From Basidiobolus meristosporus CBS 931.73 (taxonomy: Eukaryota > Fungi > Basidiobolomycota): a stretch of 64,000 nt of DNA. How positions within the stretch are numbered: the stretch's first letter is position 1; each line of letters starts with the position of its first letter. The notes beneath the pieces were generated by a model. That model saw only the letters and a program-made list of their open reading frames with translations, did no database searches and was not told the origin of the DNA. The position numbers and the translations under genes are program-made. Where the stretch lies: positions 62,001-126,000 of the forward strand of contig MCFE01000186.1 of assembly GCA_002104905.1 (NCBI GenBank), in the 5' to 3' direction. This document shows positions 24,901 to 35,929 of this stretch, piece by piece.

Positions 24901-25036
24901 GGGTAATATGGTTGATTATGTGAGAGTTCCCATCAGCTGTGGAGACTGAAGTTGATTTGGTAGGTTCCAAGTTGTTTCCAGCTTTCAAGGCAAAATGCTC
25001 CAACATGTACTCATGCAATGCTCCTGAGTCAATCAT
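21914..25036 (-). CDS. pol: Pol polyprotein of copy C (PR-RT-RNase H-IN, 1040 aa; probably catalytically defective)
   Basis: [51 protein letters not shown] first Asp appears as G (KIGL) and IN second Asp as N (SNRG). Confidence 0.93.
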   Translation of the reverse strand: MIDSGALHEYMLEHFALKAGNNLEPTKSTSVSTADGNSHIINHITQPVRMKINDYEEDLQAYIFGNYKFDLVLGKTWLFCCNPSVNWRTHATQIQKDNKTYELLPARLDFSLVNSRMCETSELSKTQFCRALRKGTQMFLMAVLQEDSATPAPQQVQTLLKKYSEVFPDELVSLPPVRDVDHAIDTGDSPPVSKTPYRMSPLELEEMKRQIDQLLEQGYIRPSKSPWGAPVLFVEKKDGTLRMCIDYRALNLVTVKNKYPIPWIDELLDQLNGATIFSKIGLMSGYNQIRVKPEDIPKTAFRTRYGRYKYLVMSFGLTNAPATFMTLMQTVFQEYLDKFVIIYLDDILIYSKTEVHHLVHIEKVLKKLRENKHYGKLPKCEFFKEHVEYLGHIATSTGVTLDPKKVEVIKNLKQPYSISELRSFLGMVSYYWRFVKSFASIAANLTDILKKDNTYKWDIACETAFQMLKNELAKLPSLRIPDFRKEFTLCTDASDYAIGGVLSQEHKGQDYPVAFESKKLNSAEKSYPVHEKEMLAIIHCLKTWRCYIEGVKCTVKTEHASLKHIFTQKVLSRRMTRWSEYIQQYDLEIVYCPGKNNMVADALSRLDQVPQLNLIHQSDWPSLLPKYLEDQVIPNEVDEDIKKIICDEASKFVVQDETLYQIVYGSPITYCPYVACLDLIHKLHNGYGHLGIEGTYSLVKARAWWPRMKQDIEKLVKTCPNCQINQGQPQRIAKLFPLEPVRPFERWGIDFIGRLPTTRKCNCWILVAIDHATKWPVAKAVPIASEQEVASFIYHEILMKFGCPVEILSNRGANFMAKTLEAYLEMQQIRHLKTLAYHPRTNGVTERFKGLFGKMLTKYANGVVSRWDEYIDQALFACRVRVHNTTQQSPFYLVYGCEPRIPGDLTQPKLRDTLEDELSQPSRHQQLEQRRQEAQTKVSQSAEKMKQRFDKTITPEALTVGNFVLLRNNTWKKFEPQWTGPFKIIRECPFATYQLVDKQGNIREDLVHRDRLKLARLADNTEPSRYWYHKKRESGEPSQL

Positions 25037-25051
25037 GATCTTGGCAGGTAC

Positions 25052-26047
25052 TCAATTGATTACTCCATTCAAGTACAATAACTTCCCTGAGTTTGAGGTC
25101 ATTTGGGACAAGTACTCTTCTGTCATATGGAAGGTGAGTTCCAAGTCTTCTTTGAGCTCATCTTCCACATTACTGTGTTCATGGGACTCAATATGGTTGA
25201 AGGTTCTTGTTGGCTGGTGTCCATTTCTTCTCTGAGGGCAGTACTTTGCAATATGTCCTTGCTGGTGGCAATTGAAGCAAAGTCCTTTCTTCTTACATTC
25301 TTCTGAGGTAGGATTCTTCTGCATAGTGTCTATTTCCATTGGTACTGCTTCTGATTGTCTTTTTTCATAATGATTGTAGCCTTTCTGATTAGTCATGGTA
25401 GGCTTCCCAACTCCAAACATAGCTGAGTCATAGACAATGGCAATCTTGATGGCTTCTTCAATAGTCTGAGGTCTTTGGTAATTCACTTCCTTGCAAGTTC
25501 TTTCTTTCAACCCATCAATAAAGTATTCAACTTGATCCAATGGGTCCATTCTTTCAATTTGTCCAAGTAGACATCTGTACTCATAGATGTATTCTTGCAC
25601 CATTCCTTTCTGTCTGAGTGTCTTTAACTTCCTTCTTAGTAGTGTCTGCTGGTGTGGAGGTTCAAAAGCATCCTGAATTTCCAACACAAACTCATCCCAG
25701 GTAGAGATTTTAGAGCATCCCATCATAGTGGCTGACCTGATCTTGTTGTGGTACCACTGTAAAGCTGCATCTGCCAGGTAAGAAGATGCATAATGCAACT
25801 TGCTCTCTGGAGCAATTCCTTTAGCTTTAAAAGCTTCTTCAATCTGAAAGAGCCAAGTTCCCAGGTTTTCATTGACTCTGCCACAGTACCGGTTGACCTT
25901 CACACTAAAGTTGCTCTTGACAGGGCTTTGCTGGCTTTGAGCCATGGTAGTCATTCCTTGTTGCTGTTGGCTGAGGATCTGGAGTAACTGTTGCTGTTGG
26001 GCCGGGATTTGCTGCATGGCATTCTTCCATTCCTGATTGTCCAACAT
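25052..26047 (-). CDS. gag: Gag of copy C (331 aa), same frame as pol and separated by one TGA
   Basis: Q-rich N-terminus, retrotransposon capsid region, PMEID motif, CX2CX4HX4C knuckle. Confidence 0.92.
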   Translation of the reverse strand: MLDNQEWKNAMQQIPAQQQQLLQILSQQQQGMTTMAQSQQSPVKSNFSVKVNRYCGRVNENLGTWLFQIEEAFKAKGIAPESKLHYASSYLADAALQWYHNKIRSATMMGCSKISTWDEFVLEIQDAFEPPHQQTLLRRKLKTLRQKGMVQEYIYEYRCLLGQIERMDPLDQVEYFIDGLKERTCKEVNYQRPQTIEEAIKIAIVYDSAMFGVGKPTMTNQKGYNHYEKRQSEAVPMEIDTMQKNPTSEECKKKGLCFNCHQQGHIAKYCPQRRNGHQPTRTFNHIESHEHSNVEDELKEDLELTFHMTEEYLSQMTSNSGKLLYLNGVIN

Positions 26048-26473
26048 CTTGAGGGTGGTTTCTTCTTTCTTCAGGAGGGAGGTTTCTGGTTATCACTGCT
26101 ACCAATGTTTCAAGTCTTGGTATAAGAGTTGTACAGGAATAGGGAGTTTAGCTAGTATTGTATTCACTAAAACTTGAACTGATTTTTATTGAGGTTCCAG
26201 CAGCTCCTTATATACATTTTGCCAGATCAATTGCTGACTAATTGTATTTCCTAATGTAGATTGTGGCTGATGACTCATTTGATTGCATCATCATCACCCA
26301 ATAAGATCCTACTTGATATATCTATTTCTGTCTGATAAGGGTCTGCTGATTCATTTGCTGACTAATGCTGCTGATTTCATAGATAATACTGATATACTGA
26401 TAACCTAAACATATACTAATTGATTTGACTAAAAACTGATCTAACTTAAACATTCAAGCAGCAGATCATAACA

Positions 26474-27041
26474 CAAACACCACATTGACTCCCTCCCATG
26501 CTGTGATAGGTTTTTCTGTGTGCTTTGTCTTTGGGCACTGTTGTTGTGCTTCAAAGACTGTGTGGTGTTCCTCTGCTGTTACATTGGGAAGTGGCTCAAT
26601 TCTTGGCTGTGACATTGAGCTACTTGAGTTCCTTCTTTGCAGCAAAGAAACTGCTTTCTCTATCTGGGATATTGATTGCTCTACATTTATCATCTGCTCA
26701 TCAAGTTTCAGCCCTATTATCAGATTACTCTGGGCCCTTGCATCTATCCTATCAGCCATTGCACCTAATTGCTTCATTAATGCTTTGGTATGAGCTGACA
26801 ACATACTTGCTAATATGGGTGGTGGTGATGTTAACACGGCCACTTGCTGATCTTCAACTGAGGGTACTGCGTTTGCTACATTCTCATCTGCCTGAGCATA
26901 ATGGTCAGCTTGTGGCTCCTCAGAGGTTCTCAATTGTCTACTTGACTGAGAGCCTGAGGAGTTTGCATTATTACCTTCAATGGGCACACTGTCCACAGGG
27001 CCTTTTTTGGATGTAGCCCTGCTTGTTGCACTGAATGTCAA
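26474..27041 (-). pseudogene. 5' part of the split accessory ORF (true start uncertain; track start is TTG)
   Basis: Open frame with a coiled-coil-like segment; reads EGVNVVFV|PKPKNQKTLKIHEAIE after excision of copy C. Confidence 0.6.
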
Positions 27042-27616
27042 AGCAAGCTGTTGTCCACTGTTCTTCTGTTGCCGTCAGTGGTGGGGTTTGGTTGAGACCC
27101 AGACAACTTTGCTTTATTTCATGGCAGCATATATATGGAAGTGAGTCAAACCAAAGGGGAAATAGTGTCACATATACATGTGTATGTGGCACCACAACTT
27201 TATTTATAATGCTTACTATGGCAGGTCATCATTGAATCTTACATTCTTGTATGTGCAATGTCTCAAATACAAGACTGTCTTAAGTTCACATGAGTATTGA
27301 CCAAAAAGTGATATAATAGTGTTACATTGTTGAAGGTCAAACTGTTTGCCCCATGGACAAGACTACTTTGACTCAACGCCGTAAGAGAAGAGAATAAAGA
27401 CCATGCGGCTATTGTGGCAAGCCTCTCAGCCATGAAGCACACAGAGAGCATAGGAAGTATTACAAGGATCATGGCCACTGTTTTGCCACCCAAGGCATAT
27501 TTGACCACTCATCAGTCACTACTACACCTACATAATCTTGCTGGCCAGTTGATACTTCTATATTGGCACCTGGCCATCTTTGTCACCTTGCACAAACTGA
27601 GTCAGGTGAGCTTGTG

Positions 27617-30600
27617 ATGCATTTAGGCTCACCTCAGCCTTCTGAATATGGCATGCAGAGTGATAGCTCTGACAAAGAAGGTTCACTGATGGATTTTGAG
27701 CTTATCTCCCCTAACAACAGTACCATGTATGAGCCCGGTCAAACCCCTACATGTAATGAGATAACACCCATTGAAACAAATGCCAAGGATACTTTATGGA
27801 GCCAAGTGAGCCCAGTAATCTATCTACTGGTGAATGATATAATGTTGTGGCTAGAGAAGTGGCGCGTTTCCACTAATATCAGCAATGGGGGCTTTGAGGA
27901 TTTAATACTACTTCTTGCCAAAATTATACCGGGATGCAACTTACCATGTACATGGTACAAGTGGACAACCATCATGCGGCTGGCAATGTATGATCCAGAG
28001 ACTGTCCTGATTCCAGCATGTGTTAACAGTTGCATGGCATTCACATCCAAAAATGCTACCATTGCAACATGTCCAAATTGTCAGGAATCCACCACCATTG
28101 AGGGAAAACATTGTTTACACTCCAGATATATTCCAGTCATACCACATCTGAGGAAGCTGATGCAGTCTGACAAATATTGCAAAGCTATACAGTACCGCAC
28201 TCATTATCAATCAAGTGCAAACATATCCAACATATTCAATGGCAAACATTACAAACAGCTAAGAAGCAAGGGCTTCTTTGAAGGTATGTATGACCATGCC
28301 TTTGCTTTAGCACTTGATGGATTCTCATTAAACAAGTACTCTACCAGCAAATCCTGCTGGCCACTGATTCTTGTTAATCTGAATCTGCTGCCCATCTTAC
28401 GGTATCAGAGCAATAATCTGATGGTTGTCTCACTGGTATCTGGGCCTAAATTACCGTCCAACCTGGATAGCTACATGTATTCATTGCTGGATGAATTTTG
28501 TATGCATTCCAGCAGGATAACAGTAAATGGCTGTCATGTAAAAGCACATATTATTATCTGCATTGGAGATACCCCAGCTATCAGCAAGATAGCAGGTTTT
28601 CCTGGGCACAATGGACAGAATTGCTGTCCAATGTGTGAGATCCAGGGGATTTACTCCATGACTCACACACATTATTATTACCCCAACACCAGCACTAAGA
28701 ACATCATCTTTCCACAGAGAGAACATACAGAAGTAAGCATGCAATTGCAGCAAAGTTGGCAAGCTATAAGCCATTGGCCAGAATATGTAATCAATTGGAA
28801 ACCAGAGATACTTAAGATAGAGGGTATCTATTGGAGCAAAAGCTCTTCACTGGGAGCAATGCATTTGCTTTTCAACAATACCACTATACTGATGACCAAG
28901 TTGTACATGGGGCATTTTAAGCTAAATGAGCTCTTTGAGATACCGGAGAAATTTGAAAAAATTGGCAAGATATTACAGAGTATCTGCTACCCTAAGTACT
29001 TCTCACGGGCTCCAATTAATATTCATATGCATATATGGCAATACAAATGCAAAGACTGGATGAACTGGATATGTATTCATTCAAGTGGTGTTCTGAGGCC
29101 ATTCCTACCAAGAGTACATTGGAAGCATTGGGAGTCATATGTGGACATTGTAGGAATATTTATCCAGAAGTGGATCACCAATGCCAACTTAATGCTGTAG
29201 AGGGGTGACAGTGACACCCACTGACAGATGTGTTCATTACCATATTTTCTACTTCCTGATATCTCTACTACACTTATTTTAGTTTTATCACATTTGTCTT
29301 ACCTGTTCAGTACTATCCCATAAGCTGGTTGACTATCACACCTGCTTACCTTATTGCATAAGTTATCCCTCACTTTATGTAAGATTACTAGCTGTAAGTG
29401 CTTCTATATTGGGCAAGTACCTGCGCCAGTACCTGTGACACATGATCAACCCATGCCACCATCCCTACCTTTTTCATACCATATATGGTATCCCTTTGTT
29501 ACACAGGTTTCAGAATAATGATTTCTGATTGGTTGGATGTGCTGTGCCTCTTAGAACCTTCTGGCACCTACTTAGAGCATTCTTAGGTCATTCTGATATC
29601 ATTAAGATTTCTATTGATATCCAGAACCTTCTGGAACATCATGATTAGTAATCACTTGGCCAGTAAGAAAAGTAAATAAGGGAGGCTATCCCTCAACAAT
29701 AAATCATCATCCCTTTTATCAATATACCAACTTGTTGATTAGTGTGATCACTGCTACCTGCTGCTACCTGAACTTCCAACCCTAGACCACAGGACACTCC
29801 CAGGAAACCGTGCTGACAGCCAACTGACCTTGGAGGCACTACTTGTGAGGAATACTCAGAGTAGGTATCTTTTATTGTATTTGATTCAATCCCAAGTCTG
29901 TCCTTGTACAGGCAAAGATACTTTTCTGTCTTTGTAATTATTGGCCACAGCTGCATTCTTATTAAGTCCCTGCTGGTGGAGTTTACAGTTGTTTCAACTT
30001 TGGAAGCTTTAGTACATTGTCATCTCAAAGGATGCTAAACTCAGCACATACTTTTGTTAAGACGCCAACTAAGTTGGGGATTGTAGCCCAATATTTTTCC
30101 CTTGACAAGCTTGTGGCTTTATTCCCCATCACATTAGATTAGAGACAGAACCCAAGTATTCCTATCAAGCTTTTGCCAGAGGTTATTGCACCCAGTGGGC
30201 ACCCCACACACAAAACATTTGAGAAGTGTTGGACGTATCTCTCCCTTGGACTTATACACCACCACAATGCATCTACAGCTGTTGTGTGAGGAGTTTGTGA
30301 CAGGATTTGAGTGGCTATACTACAAACATAAAGCTGTATGCATAGATCTCTGCCGCTACTGTATCCATTCTCTACTCCATCTTGCAAGGTGTGTGGAGAA
30401 TATTGGGCCTTGCTTCACCTTTTGGGAGTTTCCTATGGAGTGGATGTGTGGGGAGATAGGAAGACAAGTCAAGTTACAGGTACTACCATATCCCAATCTC
30501 ATCAAGAATATTACCTTCAAGTCAGTCATGGGTGTGATGAGTTGGCATAGAGAGGACAGCCAGGAAGAGTTGGAAAATACTGAGGACAGATATGCACATG

Positions 30601-30617
30601 GAGACACCAAGTTATGA
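27617..30617 (+). pseudogene. CACTA/En-Spm (Transposase_21/Tnp2-type) transposase interrupted by a solo LTR
   Basis: Family motifs ACVNSCMAF, CPNC, YIPV, IFNGKHY, LDGF, WPLILVNLNL, GPK.P, GDTPA, GHNG..C..C, MHL, HSLLH..GP..FWEFPME; frame rejoins after removing 29196-30266. Confidence 0.9.
29196..30266. mobile_element. 1071-bp solo-LTR-like insertion
   Basis: TGT..ACA ends with ATGC duplicated on both sides; the paralogous transposase at ~31745 lacks it. Confidence 0.8.
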
Positions 30618-31229
30618 GAGTCTTGAAATATAAATGAGCGTTTTGTATAATGCTTGGTAAATATGCTAATTTGATATTGACTATTGGGGATACTCATAGG
30701 TTCACAGGTGTGATTGAAAGATTCCAAGTGATGGCTCTAAGTAGCTCTTATAATAACTTAGACTAGTCCAGACTTACTATGTATATATGTAGCTAATGTA
30801 CAATACCTAATAGTCAACTATTTTAACAATTGCAGAGCTATTACACCATTTTTGGTCATATTTCTAATTCAATCTTGATCATAAGAGAGTACATCAGAGT
30901 ATTAGGCTAATTGTTATCATCCAGCAGCTAATAATCTACTTGACAGCTCTGAGCTAGTCCTAGTCACTGTAGGACCTATTCACAGCCCTTACTTTGCCAC
31001 TCTCTTTAAACCCATGATCCTATAATTAATCCCCATTAGTCAGGATGAAATTTGTATGTCATATATTGAACTTGTAACCAGTACAGCATGCTCCTAAGTA
31101 TTAAGATACTTTCCTAACTCAGTGCTACAATGGCATGCTTCTACAAAGTTATTAATGCTCTGCTTGTTATCTGACATAAGACAGCTCATCAGTACAACTA
31201 TTTTCAATTTGTGGACTTTCTAATGCACC

Positions 31230-32170
31230 CACTGTATTGTCATTATCTGTACACCAATACCAAAGACATCATCTCCCCACAGAGTGAATGTACAGAAGTT
31301 GCCATGCAATTGCAGCAAGGCTGGCAAGCTATAAGTCATTGGCCAGAATATGGATCTAATCAAAAACTGGAGGTACTAGGATAAGGGGAATACTTGGGAG
31401 CAAACGTTTGCCACTGGGAGCAATACATTTGCTCCTCAAAAGCATCCCTATAATAATAACTAAGTTGAACATGGGGCATTGCATGCTCAATGTGCCCTTT
31501 GAGATACTGCAGGAATTCAAGAGAATTGGTGAGATATTACAGATTATCTTCTACCCAAGGTACTACTCAATAACTCTACTTGATATTCATACAAATATGC
31601 AATAATACAAATGCAAGGACTGGACAAACCACAATGTGCTGGTGCAAGTGGCCTTCCAAAACAATATCAATGGAGAGTACATTGCAAGCATTGGGAGTCA
31701 TATGTTGACATTGAAGGAATAGTTATCTAAAAGTGCATCAACAAAGCCAACTTGACACACTTACCATGTTTATGTAATGTGTTTGTGGCAGGATTTGAGC
31801 AGCTTTACTACATGCACAAAGCTCAGTGCTTATATCTCTGTCACTACTTCATACAATATCTTGTCTGTCTTGCTTGGTAAGTATATAAAATTGGATCTTT
31901 CTTTACCTGCTGGGAGTTTCCCATAGAATAGATGTATGGGGAGATAGATAGTCAAGTTAAGCTGCTATTAAATTACTATCTCAATGTCATCAGCAATATT
32001 GGCTTCATGTCTGTCATGTATATGACAAGTTAGCACATGGAAGACAGCCCAGAGGAGTATAAATATACCAAGGAAAGATGAGCATGTGGTGACACCTATG
32101 TTGTTGGCATCAGAAGTCTTAGCAGCCCCAATGCATTAGTAATCAGTGAAGCCAGACTAGGTGGGTTGGA
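31230..32170 (+). pseudogene. Second, decayed CACTA transposase fragment
   Basis: Colinear DNA similarity to 28675-29195 + 30271-30610. Confidence 0.85.
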
Positions 32171-33679
32171 TGCAACAAGCAACTAATTTCTATTAGGGCA
32201 GCTTTACCACAGAATGCCAGGTTTCTTCCAGGTACAAGCTGATTTCCACTCCATTCAATATGAAACTCATACAAGCAAAAACTACAGTGCACCTATGAAG
32301 GTGACTACATTCCATTAGGGAGAAATAATATATTGGCCAAGTATCCAAAAGCTTTATGCAGATATTTAGAAAGTATTCACAGCAAAAGTGGCAGCAACCA
32401 AGCATATAATTGCAAGATGTATATGTCACCAGCAATTCAAGGTACATGGGGACTTTGCAAGTAACATACTGAAAAGCTGTAAACCTGAGGAGATATAATT
32501 GTGCCAATTGCAGCAGATGTGTATATATGTGGAGGTTATTAGGCAGGAAGCCATAGCTCTTTCTGAGTCAATTCAGAAATGGAATACCCATGGTGGCAAT
32601 GGGTAATCAAATTAAATAGGGTAATTTTGCAGTGATGTATATCACTGTTGAAAGGGGAAGCAGTAAAAGGAAAAGCCATATGGTAAATAGGTAAAGTAGC
32701 ATTATACAGGACTAGCTGTAGCCTGCAGTACTCTAGTTATGATGACTACAGATATCTGCATCAAAGCTGTTGAGAGACAGTCAGTTCTTTTCCGGATGCA
32801 GCATTTGCATATGTTTGCTGGTTAGGTATGCTTCAATAAAGGTACACTACATTAAGACTGCCAGAATAACACTCAAATCCAGCCCAAGAGCAGATAAAAG
32901 CCATCAGGTATATAAACCACATAGCAGTAAACTCAGCAAAACTCTGTAACTATTCTATTTCAGGATTGTGAAAAGGGTCACTCAATACTTCTATACTCAC
33001 ATCTAGCTGCACTTGTATTGTGATCCAGCTAAGTCTTGTAGGTTTCTAACTCCTTCTGGCTTACCTCTTCCTTCTTGATATGGCCCATATAGTGATAGCT
33101 GTAACAAAATGGCTCATGGCAAGCCTCTAATAGCACTATAACAGCATTATGGCAGTCTACAGCTGGTTCTGTATAAAGATACTGTACCAATTTACCAAAT
33201 GGTATTCCCTTTTTCTACATCTCCTTCCACAATTCATATATTCCACTGTAGAATCACCCCTCTTTATTTGTTAACCCACTACTACCTTGGGTATTCCACA
33301 TATTGCTTGAATCAAAAAAATTTTGTCTTCTGCTTATTAACATCTACAAACATGCACACCTGCTGCAATTACCATACTTCAATCACCTCAACATTACAGC
33401 TTTTTAGTTTGATACCTGCAAAGTTCCCATACATCTTGCAATCATATGCTTGGTTACTGCCACTACTGCCACAAATACCTTCTGAATATCTGCAAAGAAC
33501 TTTTTGGTATTTGGCTAATATAATCTTACTCCCTATTGGATTCTAGTCCCCCTTATAGACGCACTCTGGCTCTTGTTTGTGTGAATTTTGTATTGCATGG
33601 TGTAGAAACTGGCTTGAGAACAACAGAAACCTGGAATACTTTGGTAGAGTTTTCCTGATAAAAATTAGTTGCTTATTGC

Positions 33680-34205
33680 ACCCAACCCAGCTTTGCATTA
33701 CCTAATTGGTTACCCATGCATTGGGGCTTCTTAGCTTCTTAATACCATAGGCATAGGTGTCTCCATGTGCATATCTGTCCTCAGTATTTTCCAACTCTTC
33801 ATGGCTGTCCTCTTTATGCCAACTCATCACACCCATGACTGACTTGAAGGTAATATTGTTGATGATATTGGGATATGGTAGTACCTGCAACTTGAGTCCA
33901 TCAAATATCAAGGCAAAGACATGGTCATACATACCCTTAACGTATCCCTTACTTCTCAGATATTTGAAATTTCTGCCATCAAATTATTGGAAATGATTGC
34001 ACTTGAGTAATGCTGAGTACAGTGCTTCATAGCTTCACAATATTTGTTGGACTGCATAAGTTTCTTTAGATAGTGGGTTACTGTAATGTATCCAGAGTGT
34101 GAGCATGTTTTCTTCTTATGTTGGTAGATTCCTAACAAGTTAGCACCTTGAAATGATGGCATCTTCTGCTGTGAATGCCACACAACTGTTAATACATGTT
34201 TGTAC
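33680..34205 (-). pseudogene. Third CACTA transposase fragment with a large internal deletion
   Basis: ORFs 33956..34183 (LKKLMQSNKYC) and 33702..33932 (HVFALIFDG|LKLQVLPYP) fuse the N- and C-terminal parts. Confidence 0.85.
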
Positions 34206-34620
34206 GGAAGTTAGTCAACTTAAATGGGAAATAGTGTTGCATAAACATGTATGTAGGATGCCACAACACTACTTATTATGTGTACTATAGTAAGTCATCA
34301 TTGATTCTTACATTCCTATTGGTGCAATTTCTCAAATACAAGACTGTTTTAAATTCACATGAGTATTAACAAAAAAGTGATATAACATCATTGCATTATG
34401 GAGTGTTGAGCCATTGGCATCATCAACAAGACTGATAATACTTCCTATGCTCTCTGCATGCTTCATAGCCAAGAAATGTGTTACAATAGACTTGTTCCAT
34501 TAGAGAGTGTCACATTGAGCCATGAGTTCAAAATAATGCCATGGTGCACTGGAGAGTCTAAGTAGGCCTTTACTTGGCCCCAGTGTATCAAACATAGTTC
34601 TACATCTTCATGCATAAAGG
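34205..34620. repeat. Rearranged copy of the transposase upstream region plus one foldback-arm end
   Basis: 34205-34420 resembles 27140-27360 (direct); 34437-34470 resembles 27430-27465 (inverted); 34484-34620 resembles 16020-16150. Confidence 0.7.
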
Positions 34621-35929
34621 GATTTATATAGGTCTGTACAGTCCACAATTGAGTTACAACTGAAGATTTGATGAGAATAAACTAGTTTGTATGCATGAAA
34701 AGTAAGAGCATTGGTGAAGTTAAAAAGTAAGAAGTGTCAGAAAGAGGCAATAGCCAATCAATGTACACAAATGTAGGAGATGATTGAGTATCTGGGATCA
34801 GAAAGTGATAGAAATGGCAGAGAGTTAGTCAAAGGCTACTTCTGCTTTGTTGTGATGAGAAATCTGACATACGAGCTTTTTTCAACAGTTCTTGCATGGT
34901 GTCCTAGTGGCATAAATACCTCTTTGTGACAGGATTTAAATTTTGTGTCAGCCTTCTGATGGAATCATCACAAGTATTTTCCATAGGGATAGGTTGCAGA
35001 CTCAAGGGCACTCAGAGAACTCCAAGAGTTCTCATTCTCCAGGCATTTTGGTGAAATACTTGGAGTCCAAATATAGAGATTTGACAAGATGTAATACAAT
35101 TATAACCATTAGTCCAAGTGCCCTAGTTAGCATATTACATAGGTGTAAATTGATATTGACAACAGCATTCACTTTGTAACTAAATGTGTCATTTATACTT
35201 TTAAAGGTTCTGGTAAGACAAGCATGTGGTATGTGTCAAGGAAGCTGCCAAGAGTACGAGTGTAATGCTTAGAGTCTTGAGACAATTTACAAGTGAATCC
35301 GCACAAAGAATATGCGCTGGAAATAGTAATGGTTACATAATAGGATCCAAGTAACAAAGCAAATATAATATTTAGATGGGAATATTAAATTGACAACAAT
35401 CTAGTGTGTATTTGGCACTTGACCATGAACTCAGGTTTACACTGGGAGAACTTCCTGAGTACGTAAATATCACAAATTGGTATACTGATGAATAGTTAGG
35501 TGCTCAACTGGATACTTACACTGAATCCATTCACTCGTTAACAAGTCTGGATTGATGGCAGTAACTGGCCAACCGCTGGAAATAATATGCTAAATCACTA
35601 AATTGGTATGCATTTTCCCTTGGCAAACTAGCCATAGTCAGTCCATGCTGAACTGGATAGCAGTACCATCACAGCTATTTGTTCGCCCCGTCTAGCGTAG
35701 GATGCATTTGGTGGTAGGAAAGCAAATGAATGCAGGAAACTCGATTTTGGTAGGTCATCGATGATTTCCCCGGATCAATGATTGGAAAGTTCATCAGGTC
35801 GATGTTTTTATGGGACCAATGGAGGGGATTGCGAAAGTCGACACTAGGATGAATCCAAGAAATTTTGGTTTCACCGAATGCAGAAAATTCCTAGCTACCT
35901 AGTGTATCCTGGTAAGTTTCTCGACAATC

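Larger units (their letters stand above)
21534..26473 (-). mobile_element. Ty3/Gypsy copy C, structurally full length (4940 bp)
   Basis: LTRs 21534-21903 and 26106-26473 (~96% identical by eye), PBS, PPT, all domains, 4-bp TSD CAAA (21530-21533, 26474-26477). Confidence 0.98.

Noticed and set aside
2011-26105. Recurrent short antisense or alternative-frame ORFs (MQLAFWSN..., MLNVFTPS..., MTMKKTYR...)
   Set aside because: They recur only because the Gypsy copies are similar; they are shadows of gag-pol.
19800-31200. CACTA/CACTG terminal inverted repeats
   Set aside because: No paired termini with a 2-3 bp TSD were found by eye, so element boundaries are left undefined.
1-35600. Classical Neurospora-type RIP (CpA to TpA)
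   Set aside because: CA and TG are plentiful and long ORFs survive; the depleted dinucleotide is CG.
1-35600. Centromere call for the TE block
   Set aside because: Repeat density alone cannot show this and the left edge lies outside the window; it needs CENP-A ChIP or Hi-C.
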